From NCBI GenBank assembly GCA_010093745.1, contig MU005997.1, positions 1 to 64,000 on the forward strand: a DNA stretch of 64,000 nt. The letters run 5' to 3'. Shown here piece by piece: positions 22,404 to 34,010 of this stretch. The position numbers and the translations under genes were made by a program. How positions within the stretch are numbered: the stretch's first letter is position 1; every line of letters begins with the position of its first letter. Source of the stretch: Piedraia hortae CBS 480.64 (lineage: Eukaryota). Below the pieces are notes generated by a model. That model was given only the letters and a program-made list of their open reading frames with translations. It searched no databases and was not told where the DNA came from.

Positions 22404-23063
22404 TCACATTGTCAGCCTATTCATAAGGCCAACTACATCATCGTCCTCGTCCCAACTTTGTGCCTTACAATGCCCATTTTTGCACCCTTCACATAGCGCT
22501 GACTTATGCGGCTGGGTATTCCGATGAGAGTACACTAGCTCCTCCAGATTTTTGACACCCGCCCACTTCTTCAGTCGATACACCACCCTCTCCACATACA
22601 CGTTCTCATCAATCGTTGGGCGCCCGAGGGTCATGCACTTCTTGCACCTCTGATTGTAAACCCTCGCATTATACCTCTCGTTGGGATACAACCTAATGGT
22701 GATAGCCACTTTCCCACTCGACCATCCCGAGGACCCGCACGAGGGATTTGTACACTCAAATTTTCCCACGATATTCGTATCATAATACTTTATGACCCCG
22801 CGGGGATTATCATTCGGGTTGAAAGTAAAATCTAGATTGTCCTCCTCAAGGAGGTCGGATACGGCGCGATGGAAATTCGAATACATGGCCCATGCTTTCG
22901 ACTTCATTGTGAGTGTACCTTTTGGAGAAGGGGGGTGGACAGGTATTCATATAATGGCGGGTTTGAAGTTGCATGAATGCGTTTCGCAACAGTGCATGTT
23001 TCCCGTTTGTTGGATGCAGGAATGCGTACCTCGATAAGGCTTTGACTTTGTGGTACTTGCCAT
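22404..23063 (-). CDS. 3CxxC-type zinc-binding domain protein
   Basis: GKFECTNPSC..GWSSGKVAITIR..YNARVYNQRCKKC..PHKSALCEGCKNGHC. Probable short first exon MASTTKSKPYR from 23063 joined in frame via intron 22919-23029; otherwise start at 22907. Confidence 0.82.
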
Positions 23064-24405
23064 GGTCTCTTTTGGGTTGATGTCATGAGTTGGTCCGTTT
23101 CGTTTGTAGAGATGTAATCTTGCTCTCCGCCATGTTTAGGTGACAGGGCTTATGTTCGCAGTTAGTCTTGTTACGAAGGGGAAATGCCAGCTCCCGTACC
23201 CATGCTCACTTGGCCGGCTGCGTCCTGATTACCATCCCGTGCGGGATGACGATGCAGCTGCCCCCTCAGTTTCCCATTATATGGGATTTACGGTTCAATC
23301 TCTGAGTCATTGTTGAGTACCAATGCGTTCAGGTGCAGATTGAGATTTATGTTAGGAATCAAAATCAAGAATTCTTCAAAGCAAGCTTGACAACTGCTTT
23401 GACACTCGTATTCTGTACAGGCATGGATGGGTATAGCAACTGGAAGAACTCCAGCTTTTGCTCTTCGGGCCAATGAACATGACCCTAGCTTGGCTACACT
23501 GCTATACCTGTGTACGGGAACGGGAACGGGAACGGGGCGTATGCACATCGTTGCCGAATGTCTAGCACTGATAAGAAAGAGCCCGATCGCGAAACCAGAG
23601 TTAGTTGGTTCTAGTCAGCACCAGTCTAGTGGATCAAGGATAATGATGGTCTGCCTGACTTTGGTCATTCCGTTTAGATTGTATTACGAAATCAAAACTT
23701 ACATAGAACAGCACGAAAGGGACCGTTGCCATAAACAATCTCCATGAGTTACCACAATTCGACGATCTCTTCAAGATCCGTTCTGAATTTCCCAATATGG
23801 TGGGCGATTTGGTGCCAAAAATTCTCCCCGGACACTCTTAACTTTAACCCCTTTAGAGCAAGATGGAATTTGGTCTCCAGACAATGAAAATTGCATTCCA
23901 CTATGGAACACGCAAAAAAAGTTCACGTTCCCATCTCTTGGACATTGCACAATGTCACGTGAGATGAGGTTATTCCCAATCTCCTGAAAATCGCACAAGA
24001 CAGGGCGAAATCTCGTTACCAACAGTGAACATCCGGTCCCCGGGACCGTGTTGTTTTTGTCGTTGGAGGAAACAATAGTTCCACCCGAAAAGGCAGAGCT
24101 GCAAACATTATGGGCAGGATACACGGGTGCGCAGTTTCTATGATATGTACTTCAAACTCTATCTGGGGGAAAAAATCAAAAACCTTAAGCTACGAATTTT
24201 AGTCGTGTACGCGAAAGGTACATATTGACACGGTGTGTCTCACTGGGATGAATTGAGAATTTGAGGTTGCATGCAGCTATGTTGCGGCCCACATAAGCCA
24301 ATCTGTGCACAAAACAATTCTCACATCCTATTCGGTCTCGATAGAGCAACGAGGCAATGCAAAACAGTCAACAGTCACATACGTACATACTCTGTGGGAC
24401 CTACA

Positions 24406-25478
24406 CTACTCATCGGCAAGATACTTCCTGCGAGCTTCTTCTTCCTCCGCCTCCAGGACGCCCTGCTGCTCCGTCAAACGAGTAAGACGATCGCCCCAGC
24501 CCTCAGGACGATCGATCATGTGCGCAATGTGAGAGCGAGCAATCAAGCTGACCACAAGAGATCCGCCAACAATAAACGTGAGGACGAAGCGGTAAATTCC
24601 GTACCACGGCGGGGCCCAACCGCGACGCGAGGCCCGCGCGTCAGCATAGTAGAGGAAGTTGAAAATAAGGAATTGGGAAATGAGTGCCGACTCCACAGGG
24701 AGTAGCAAAGTTGGCCATGCGGCTGCGGTGCTAAGAACACCAATGGCGTAGCGTCGGTAGCCATGAGAGCCGCCGAACGCGGCCCATTCCAAGCCCCAGT
24801 GAATGGCTCCCAGGAAGGAGATGATCTGCAACCGTCAATATGGGATTGTTTCAAAGGGTGGTATACATACCACTGCGCCAAAGCCAACCTGAATCGGTTC
24901 AATGGCGTGCAAGAGGAGCTCGGCGGACTGGGCAGTCATAAAATAACCCGTGCCCGCATGTGCGGCAGTGTTGATTTCCGAAGCACAGAATGCGGTGCTT
25001 AACGAAGTTGCAAGGTATGGCAGCACACCGGCCATACCCACAGTGATTGCCTGGGACGGGACTTCCTTCATGCTGAAAGTGTCGATGATTGTGTCCTGCC
25101 ACGATCAGCCACTCTGTGTTCCTTGTTCTGCAAAGGGAAACTTACAAATTCGCCTTTAATGCCCGCTGCCGTGTTGGGCTCATTGGCTTTCTTCTTGGCC
25201 AGCTCTTCCGAGAGCTCATGTGTTGAGCTGGTCGCGCTCACCAGAGACGGATCGTTCGACATTGGCTTATTTTCCAACGCTTCCTCGGCTTTGCGATCGA
25301 TATTATCCATGGCATACTTGCGCGTTAAGACCAGAGCATGGTTCACGCGGAGCTTCAGAGGTCGTTGTGAGAGAGTGCATACGTGGCTCCGCGGCTGTTG
25401 ACGAAGAGCGGGCGAAGCCTGCGCCCCGGATGCCGCAAAAGAGCGTAGCAAGCTCCGACTAGCCGCGGAGCGAAGCAT
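24406..25478 (-). CDS. Mitochondrial membrane protein, DUF3429/TMEM69-like, 3 exons
   Basis: Arg/Ser-rich presequence, GMAGVLPYLATS, IISFLGAIHWGLEWA..GYRRYAIGV..GWAPPWYGIYRFVLTFIVG. Introns ~25097-25145 and ~24828-24870. Confidence 0.82.
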
Positions 25479-25703
25479 TGCCATGATAACGTGAGAGCGG
25501 AGAGTGTCGTTGGCGGTGAGGTGCCGGAGCGGGCGAGCTTTGACCCCTAGTGCCACACGTGATCCTAAAAATGTTCCCAACCGTAATCGATACAATTCGT
25601 CACACCCAGGTGGTCCATCTGGGATGGAGGATCCTAAGGACTGCAGGTTGACAGGTGTCAAGCATGACCTCCATTGCAACGTTTGAATAGTCACACAGTT
25701 CTA

Positions 25704-27716
25704 TCAGTTTTTACCAGCCCACTCTTTGAACCATTTCAAACATTCTCCATTAGCCACCCTCCCCTCAACGCCTGTACCGATATCAATTCCACTCACAGTT
25801 TGCCTGACAACACCTTCAACTTTTTTCCCATTTGCTGTAACAGGGATAGCTGGACACTCGGCCACTATAGCAGGCACATGTCTTCTGCTCAGCTCCTTGG
25901 CAATGACATTTTTAATCCTACCTTCCAGCACGGGTGTGAGCTTCACTCCCTCTTTCATCTTCAGAAATAAGATGACAGATTCGTCGTCGTCTGTAGGCCG
26001 CCGCCTCCCCACACAAATTGCATCCTCAACCTCTGCCGCAAAGTGGCGAAGCAGGATATTGTAAATCTCTGCGCTCCCAAAGCGAACTCCTCCGGGTTTC
26101 AGTACACCATCACTGCGGCCAAGCATGATTAACCCACCCGTGGTGGGCGAGAAGCGTACATAATCTCCATGATGCCACACCCCGTTGAACACAGCAAAGT
26201 ATGACGACTTGTACTTCTTCTCTCCCTCTGGACCCCAGAACGTCACGGGCTGGGATGGAAAGGGCTTGGTGCACACCAAGTCACCTGGCTCACCCGCGGA
26301 TACAGGGTGGCCTGAAACGTCCCAAGCTTCAACTGCCATTCCTAGGCCGAGGACCTGGACCTCACCTGTATACACTGGATGAAGGGGGCAGGGTGCACCG
26401 AATAGAGATATGATCTCGGTTCCGCCGGTGATGGAGCCTAGATTGATGGAGCCAAATGCGCGGTAAACATATGTAAAAGTCGAAGGTGCTAGAGGTGATC
26501 CAGTGGAGTAGACTGCTTTGAGATGTTCCAAGCTCAATGGTGGAGTTGACTCACGGGGAAGGATATTTCTTTGCTCGAGGATGCTGAGATATTTTGCTGA
26601 TGTTCCAAAGTGGGTAATTTCCAACTCGTCAATCAGTTTTGGGATGGCAAGATCATCCTTCACACTAATTCCTTTTTTGTCACGATAGTAGAAAGGGCTC
26701 CCGTCATACAAGATCAATGTTACCCCAGAGGCAAGGCCAGAAACAAGCCAGTGCCACATCATCCATGTGCAAGTGGTGTAATAAAAGAGTCTCTGTGTGG
26801 GACGTAGATCACATTGGAGGATATGCTCTTTCTTATGTTGCAACAAAGTCCCAATCGCGCCATGCACAATGCATTTTGGTACTCCCGTTGTTCCGGATGA
26901 GTAGAGAATATACACTTGGTGGTCTGGGGGCAACTGCTCGAAATGAAGCTTTCCATGTTCCTTGGAGGTAAAGGTTGTAAACGGCTGGATCCTGTCTGTC
27001 TGGTCAACCTGGTCAAACACTACACACTTCTCCACTGAGGGCAGTCCAGCAACGATTTCCTTGACCTTTGGAAGCACGGGATGGGTTTTGCCATTGTATA
27101 CCACCTCGGCATCAGCAAAGACGAGGCGTGGCTCGATCTGGACAAGCCTGTCAAGGACAGCCGTAACGCCCGTGTCTGGACTGACAGCCGTCCAGACAGC
27201 TCCCAAACTGGTTGCAGCAAGCATCGCCACCAGCGCATTAAGATGATTGCCAACATACCCTGCCACCCTGTCACCAGGTCGGATATTCATGGAACGCATG
27301 CCATTTTGGCATTCGAGGAGTCTTTTGCGAAGATCTGCCCAGGTCACACTTTCCCGGGATGACTCGGTTGCTGCAATCACCGCAACATCACCCTCAGCAA
27401 CGCTCCTGCCACCTGGGAGTTTGGGAAAGAGCAGATTTTCTGCAAAGTTGAGACGGGCACCCGAAAACCATGCCGGGCGTGGAAACATAATTGATGAAGA
27501 GGAGACCACAGCATTGTAAGGTGCGGTATTGCGTACGCCGCAAAATGACCATGCGGTTGCCCAAAAAGTAGATATGTTGGATATGCTCCATTTGTAAAGG
27601 TCATCGTAAGTGGTGAGATTGAGCTTATGCTGCTTGTTTACGATTTGAATGAAAGCCCACAGCTGAGTGGATTCTGGGGATGGATGTTCCCATAACTTGA
27701 GCACACCGCTATCCAT
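25704..27716 (-). CDS. Acetoacetyl-CoA synthetase (ANL superfamily)
   Basis: WFSGARLNFAENLL, YILYSSGTTGVPKCIVHG, YYTTCTWMMWHWL, GVWHHGDY, GRSDGVLKPGGVRFGSAEIY, TANGKKVE. Confidence 0.92.
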   Translation of the reverse strand: MDSGVLKLWEHPSPESTQLWAFIQIVNKQHKLNLTTYDDLYKWSISNISTFWATAWSFCGVRNTAPYNAVVSSSSIMFPRPAWFSGARLNFAENLLFPKLPGGRSVAEGDVAVIAATESSRESVTWADLRKRLLECQNGMRSMNIRPGDRVAGYVGNHLNALVAMLAATSLGAVWTAVSPDTGVTAVLDRLVQIEPRLVFADAEVVYNGKTHPVLPKVKEIVAGLPSVEKCVVFDQVDQTDRIQPFTTFTSKEHGKLHFEQLPPDHQVYILYSSGTTGVPKCIVHGAIGTLLQHKKEHILQCDLRPTQRLFYYTTCTWMMWHWLVSGLASGVTLILYDGSPFYYRDKKGISVKDDLAIPKLIDELEITHFGTSAKYLSILEQRNILPRESTPPLSLEHLKAVYSTGSPLAPSTFTYVYRAFGSINLGSITGGTEIISLFGAPCPLHPVYTGEVQVLGLGMAVEAWDVSGHPVSAGEPGDLVCTKPFPSQPVTFWGPEGEKKYKSSYFAVFNGVWHHGDYVRFSPTTGGLIMLGRSDGVLKPGGVRFGSAEIYNILLRHFAAEVEDAICVGRRRPTDDDESVILFLKMKEGVKLTPVLEGRIKNVIAKELSRRHVPAIVAECPAIPVTANGKKVEGVVRQTVSGIDIGTGVEGRVANGECLKWFKEWAGKN

Positions 27717-27855
27717 GTAAGCCGAGATTTTGGTGAATGAAAAATGTACCGAGGTGTATCATCTGAAGGAGTTTGAAAGACAACCTTAGCATAGTTTACA
27801 CACTCCCATATCGCTACATTGGCCATATTCACACGATGAACACACATAGGTAATG

Positions 27856-30333
27856 CTAGTAGTCCAGTTCGCCTGTCCCGTTGCCAGTGTCGGCGTCCAG
27901 ATCTTCGTAGCTTTTTAACTGCCTTCCCACCACCGCTTCCCGCGGGCCTACAGCACCAGCTCCACCTTCCACTCGAGCACCAAGTCCAGTGCGCATACCA
28001 CGATTATCATGCCGGCCATACGGTCCCGGCAATCGTGGAATTCCACCATACGCCCCTCCCCGATTGCCAAGCGTCCGCATAGGCCCAACTCCGGAAAATC
28101 CCGGCAGCCCTTGCCATGTCATGTTCATGCCTGTGCCAAAGCCAGGGAAGTTTGGCAAAGCACCCATTGGTAAGCCCATTGCAAGTTGTGGATTAAGCTG
28201 GAACCCCCGTGGAGTTCCAACAGGCCCATGGCTATTTGGAGGCGGATAATGTCCGTTGCTGTTGGGATCGTTTCGACTAGGAGCAATGTGCGCCGGGTCC
28301 AAAACATAGTCATTGACCAGTGTGGCCGTTTCGACAATGTTCTTATAGAACTCTACATGGCGCTTCTCCACATGTTTGCGCCAGAAGTCGGGACCTTTGA
28401 AAAGTTTAGTGCACTCTAGTACTTTACAACGATACTTGTTTGCGTCTTCTTGCTTTACAAACTAGAGAAGTTCAGTCAAGTACATCAGAATATAAGCAGT
28501 GGGTCTTACCTTGTTTAGTTCTTCATCAATGCCCTCCTCCAGCGGCATGCCCCCTAACCTTCGCAGATTTGCCTTCTCAGGCTCAAGAATCTGTAGTATC
28601 TTCTCTTCAAACGTCTTAACCCAGCTGAAAGCCCGCTGCAGTTGCTGGATATTTTTCGACACGGGTAGCTTGCGCTCTTCACCAGCAGCTTCGCCATCGA
28701 CGTCAGTTCCGTCGTCTTTTCTCCCATTCTTGCGCAGCGGGAATTCACTGCCATTTACAGACGCCTGCGCAACTTCTCTTGCAGCCGCAGATAAAGCAGT
28801 GCGAGGTCTTCGGAGATGACCTCCGGGACACTTTCGCTGCAACTCATGGACTGAGTCTGATTCAAAAACACAAAAGAAACAGAAACTGTACACTCGCCGT
28901 AAATACTCAACCAACAGGTCGAGCTTCTTTCTCCTGACCACGAGTTCTTGTTCGTGTTCATCTAAAACCTCCCCATCGTCCTCACCATCGCCCGTTGCGC
29001 CGACTGGTGCCGTCTCCAGCATCCCAGCTTCAGTGAGTTGGTGAATACGCTGTTCGACCTTGGCAACGCCAAAGTACTCATCGCCCAGCTCGTTGTCAAA
29101 GCTTCGTGCGAGACGGGTGGCCAGCTCGAGGTCACGCGTGATACGTTCAGGCGCCGAGAACAGATCCCACAGTGCTTTTTTCCGGACAGCATCTGGAGCC
29201 CGATGCACGCCACAATGGACCGTGAAGCTGCGATGCTCCGGATCATCTACCGTTTTGCCGTTGATGTTAGCCAACGCCTGTTCACATACATCAGCTGGTC
29301 CTGCAGAACCATCCTCTGCCTTTTCCTCAGACTCAATTGCACCAGCTTCAGCATTGGTGCGGGGATTGAGCAGGATCCAACCCATTCTGTGAAACCTTTT
29401 CAGAGGATGGGGATCGCTCAAGCTCAAATGGCGGAAACCACACTCTCCGTCGCCCAAATGCTCCTTGGCAAAGGCTTCAATAGTATCGCGCCTCACTGCT
29501 GGAGAAATGGTTTTGATGAGTAGTGCAGGTTGAGAGGCAATGGGGTCTCGTTTGTCTGCGCCTTTGGACGGTAGTAGGTCGCCAATACCCAATACCTCAT
29601 TATCCTCTGCTGCATTGTTGGCCTCGCTCTTGTAAATGCCTTCTAGAGAGAAGTCGTCAAACTCTCCAGCTTGGAGGTCGCGCTCCCACTGCGAGTACAA
29701 ACTCCTCCGGAACACCCTCAGTCCGGCGCGAAGCTGCTCTTTGATCTCGGGTATGTAACGCTCACGGAACCAGCTTTCGTTTCGATGCTCGCGAACAAAG
29801 GCCAGTGCCTGAGCCCGCTGTAGATTCTCTTTGTACTGGTCATAAGCTGCCTGGATCATGGGCCTCTCGGCCTCCCTCTCCTCGCGCATTTCGCGTTCAC
29901 TCCGCGCGCGCAAAGGCGGCTTTCCAGTACGCAGACGAGCCTTCTCCTCCTGAATTCGTTGATCCATCCGCCACCACTCCGCGAACCACGTGAAACCAAC
30001 CTGGAAACCCAGCTGCATGGGATCTGGCATGGGATTTACCAAGGTGGGGACTGAGGCATTATGGGCGGGAGTGTAGCGATCAATTGCTGGTGGAGAGGAT
30101 CGGCGACGCTCGCGGTATCCGCCATCGCGACGGTGGGCCGGTTCGTAGCGATCCAAGGTACCGGGCGAACGGGAGCGGCGGAAGCTACGGTCTCTCCGCC
30201 GATCTGGTCGCAATGTTAGTACTGCCCTGCCTCCTACAGAACGAGGGCACGAACCCGAAGATCGATGGCGGTCACGATAAGATTCCTCTGGTCGGAGTTC
30301 GCGACGTTCGCGTGAGGCGCTATCCCCGTCCAT
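27856..30333 (-). CDS. ARS2: SERRATE/Ars2 RNA-processing factor, 3 exons
   Basis: FVREHRNESWFRERYIP, LLIKTISPAV, LSLSDPHPLKRFHRMGWI, LDLLVEYLRRVYSFCFFC, C2H2-like KYRCKVLECTKLFKGPDFWRKHVEKRH in the last exon. Introns ~30204-30254 and ~28463-28510. Confidence 0.88.
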
Positions 30334-30722
30334 GGCGCGGGAGGCTGCGGATCTGCTGGACGGACGGAGCCGGTTTTATCTGGTTTCGCTCGGAAACATT
30401 CACGGCAGCTTGTCCCCGTTTCCAGACGAGGTGATGGAGGGGTGAAATTCTAAGGACCATTGGCCGCTGTTAGAGCAACGCGCTGGCAAAGGCGGTTTCG
30501 GGGAAAGTGTGAGAGGCATCAAGAGGGGGGAGACGAACGAGAAGCAGAAAAAATAGACAAGCCCGCGCTGGAGGTTGGGCAAGGAGATGGCAGACGCGAG
30601 AGCTGCTCACTGCCGCCGTCGGAAGCGGTTCAGCGGGAGGGACGGACCGGCGCGGACTGGATCGGCCCGGCGCCGAACGGCATCTGACATCTAGCCACGA
30701 CGTGTACATTACAGCTGCCACC

Positions 30723-31367
30723 ATGACTACCTACATACCGTCCTTGACTCTGCCGAGCCTAGTGCTGGATAATGCTCCAGCTTCCATTCTCCTGCCCATT
30801 GCCGCTGGTACCGCTGTTGGCTTCGCTACCAGTCCTAAGAATACGCAGAAGACCTATCTGGCTCTTCGCCAGCCTCCGTTTCGTCCACCACCTTGGGTCT
30901 TTGGCCCGGCTTGGACGGTGCTCTATGGATTGATGGGTTATGCCGCTTACCGTGCGTGGACCACAGGTACCACCAGCCTTTCACCCCGAAAGGTGTCTTT
31001 GGCCAAGGTAAGAAGCTGGCACCTACCGCCATCCATCTAATATTTGATATAGCAAGGAGCTACTCTCTATACCATCCAGCTTGGACTTAACCTCATTTGG
31101 ATGCCTCTCTTTTTTGGTCTCGGCCGGCCGATAGAGGCCACAGCGGACATTGTAGCCCTCGTCGGCTTAAATGGTTATCTCTCGTACATTTGGGGCCAGG
31201 TTGATGAGGTAGCTGGCTGGTGCTTGGCGCCATATGTTGGCTGGCTCACATATGCAACCTATCTGAGTGCAGGATGCGGCTATCTGAACAAGTGGAATTT
31301 CAAGAACAAGGAAAAGAGACTCGACGATAAGAAGGCCGACACGAAGTTCGTCGACGAAAAGCCATAA
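30723..31367 (+). CDS. TspO/MBR translocator protein, 2 exons
   Basis: YLALRQPPFRPPPWVFGPAWTVLYGLMGYAAYRAW, LYTIQLGLNLIWMPLFFG, LAPYVGWLTYATYL. Intron ~31008-31052. Confidence 0.92.
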
Positions 31368-31741
31368 AATGCTTGCTATCGGGCCTTTGGCTGTGAAAGG
31401 TGGAGAAATCAGACACATTGACATTTAGCATAGCAAAAAGTCGATTACATGAAAAGACTGAAGTGCAGAAAGACCAACCCAATATTTGGCTCAGGTAGCC
31501 TCTGGGGCAATTGTCCGAACCCCAGAGAGATCCGTGCGGGGACCGTCAATGGTCTGGAACGGCGCCACAAGCGTCCGGCTTTTGGGATCCTGCGTTCGAC
31601 CGCAGATGTCCATGTGCTTGTACAACAGCAAATCAGCCCGTCCCATGCATGATCATTTGCTGGCTTTTCACTAGTGAGTTCGAACCTTCACCAGCCTTGC
31701 TCGCTCGCCCAACATGCTATCGTGTTGATATCTACAAATCA

Positions 31742-31798
31742 CCCCGCCTCCAATCGAGCGGGGTAATCTGGGGAGGCGTTACGGGCCGAACCGGATAA
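31742..31798 (+). promoter_or_regulatory. Cluster of SYGGRG (CreA/Mig1-type) sites plus a GATA site upstream of the permease
   Basis: CCCCGC 31742-31747, GCGGGG 31758-31763, CTGGGG 31768-31773, GATAA 31794-31798. Confidence 0.45.
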
Positions 31799-31901
31799 CG
31801 AGCAAATCATTGGGGCAGTTGGTAGAGAGTTGCGCCCCGTGGAACCGAAAGGATATCATGACCTTGGTTCCCACTTCAACAACATTCACATAGTTTTCAC
31901 C

Positions 31902-33572
31902 ATGGCCGAGTACGACGTCGAAAGCAAAGCAAGGCCTCACAGCTATGAAGCTCAGGACGTTCTTCCTGGGGAGATCAATCTGGATGCGTCCCACCAACTC
32001 GAACGTGGGCTTAAGAGCAGACATATTCAGTTCTTGGCACTTGGAGGGGCCATTGGAACTGGCCTTTTCATCGGCTCCGGTGGTATTCTAAGCACTGTAG
32101 GCCCTGCGCCTCTATTCATGGCTTACATCTCCATGATGTTTGTTGTTTGGGTTGTCATGAACGATTTGGCTGAAATGGTGACATATCTGCCTCTGCGTGG
32201 TATCTCTCTGCCTTATTTTGTCGGGAGATTTGTGGATCCGAGTCTTGCGTTTGCGGACGGATGGAATTATTGGTATGCATACACTATGCTTGTAGCAGCC
32301 GAAGTGACGGCAGGAGCAATCATCATTGAATATTGGACGCAAAAAGTGCCGGTTGCCGTCTGGATCACGATCATCTTGGTTATTGTTTTACTTCTAAACA
32401 TCATTGCAGTGTCCTTTTTTGGAGAAGCAGAGTTTTGGTTTGCAAGCATCAAGCTCATCACCATCACCGGCCTGATCATATTAAGTGTGGTTCTTTTTTT
32501 CGGCGGTGGACCCAATCACGATCGCATAGGATTCAGGTACTGGGAACCGGGACATCCTGGTGCTTTCAACCAGTATCTGGTAAAGGGTTCAACAGGGCGC
32601 TTCCTAGCTTACTGGTACGCTTTTGTGAGGGCTGGGTTTGCTTTCATCACCTCCCCGGAGCTAATCGCGATGGCGGCTGGAGAAACCGAAGCCCCCAGAC
32701 GAAACATTCCGAAGGCAGCTAGGCGTTATGTGTGGCGTCTTGCAATCTTCTATGGCCTAGGGTCTCTGGCAATCGGCGTTATTGTGCCTTATAACGACGA
32801 CAATCTCTTATCTGAGCATCACAATGCAAGTGCAAGTCCGTTCGTCATTGGCATCCAACGCGCTGGCATCGTCGGATTGAACCATGTCATCAATGCTGCC
32901 ATCCTCACATCAGCTTGGTCTGCGGGAAATGCCTTCCTCTACTCGGCTTCACGAGTTCTCTACTCCATGTCATTGAACGGACAAGCGCCCAAGCTCTTTG
33001 CCCGAACCAGTAAACGCGGAGTGCCGTACGTTGCAGTTCTCTTCACCTGGCTATTCGCTTGCCTGGGCTACCTGAACGTCTCCAACGGGGGTGCTACCGT
33101 GTTCACATGGTTCTCTAACATTTCCACTATATCAGGCTTCATTGCCTGGGTTGTAGCCATGATTACGTATCTCCGCTTTCGAAAAGCCATGCTATGGCAT
33201 GGAATGCTGCAAAGCTTGCCGTACAGGACTCCGTTGCAACCTTACGCAACATGGGTTGTCATGATCATCATCATAATTTTAACGCTTACAAACGGGTTTT
33301 CCATCTTCTTCCCATCGCAGTGGAGTGTGTCGAACTTCTTGGCAGCTTACATCACTCTGCCTTTCTTCTTCATTCTATACTTTGGACACAAATTTTGGAC
33401 TGCCACACGGCTTGCGTCGTCCGGACAAGGGCGCAAAGCTTGGAGGCTCTGCCTGCCTCTTCCCAATATTGATGTGACAACGGGCAAGGCCGAAATGGAC
33501 GCATTGGAGAGCTCGGATGTGCCTCCTGTTCCGAGGAATCTTGCTCAAAAAGTATGGTATTGGTTGGCCTAA
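31902..33572 (+). CDS. Amino-acid permease (YAT/APC family, proline permease Put4/PrnB-like)
   Basis: LERGLKSRHIQFLALGGAIGTGLFIGSG, FGEAEFWFASIK, AGETEAPRRNIPKA, ASPFVIGI; about 12 hydrophobic segments. Confidence 0.92.
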   Translation: MAEYDVESKARPHSYEAQDVLPGEINLDASHQLERGLKSRHIQFLALGGAIGTGLFIGSGGILSTVGPAPLFMAYISMMFVVWVVMNDLAEMVTYLPLRGISLPYFVGRFVDPSLAFADGWNYWYAYTMLVAAEVTAGAIIIEYWTQKVPVAVWITIILVIVLLLNIIAVSFFGEAEFWFASIKLITITGLIILSVVLFFGGGPNHDRIGFRYWEPGHPGAFNQYLVKGSTGRFLAYWYAFVRAGFAFITSPELIAMAAGETEAPRRNIPKAARRYVWRLAIFYGLGSLAIGVIVPYNDDNLLSEHHNASASPFVIGIQRAGIVGLNHVINAAILTSAWSAGNAFLYSASRVLYSMSLNGQAPKLFARTSKRGVPYVAVLFTWLFACLGYLNVSNGGATVFTWFSNISTISGFIAWVVAMITYLRFRKAMLWHGMLQSLPYRTPLQPYATWVVMIIIIILTLTNGFSIFFPSQWSVSNFLAAYITLPFFFILYFGHKFWTATRLASSGQGRKAWRLCLPLPNIDVTTGKAEMDALESSDVPPVPRNLAQKVWYWLA

Positions 33573-34010
33573 ATATGACAATGTTTGTTAATGTATTTTA
33601 TGAGTTTTTCGAATAATAGAAAGATATTTTCAGAAGATTCAATACGCGATGAGTGGGAATAGGCGGCCTGCTCCTGCTGAATAATAAGACGGTACGTCTC
33701 ATTGCATCCTGACCAACCCAAATTGAACAAGTGAATGAACCAGACGGAGGAGTGTCCACCACGACTCAAGAGTGTCAAACGTCAAGATGGCATACAGGTG
33801 TAATCTGAGTGTCAGCATCATAGTGACAAGTGCTAAGAAGATGAAAGACGGGACGTCCATGTCTACCAAATAAGCACCAACCGCATTCTGCCCGAGGCCA
33901 GCGGTGCGGTCCGCCTGGAAACTGCCCTATTCAGCTTAGCGCAATGTCACATGTCACAGACGTTCAGTCAGTACAAAGTCCAGCGCATATCGTTCCCACC
34001 ACGCAGCAAA

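Noticed and set aside
25704..33572. Secondary-metabolite or catabolic gene cluster (acyl-CoA synthetase, TSPO, permease; CYP53 further on)
   Set aside because: No PKS/NRPS/terpene backbone gene or pathway regulator; the genes are interspersed with unrelated housekeeping genes.
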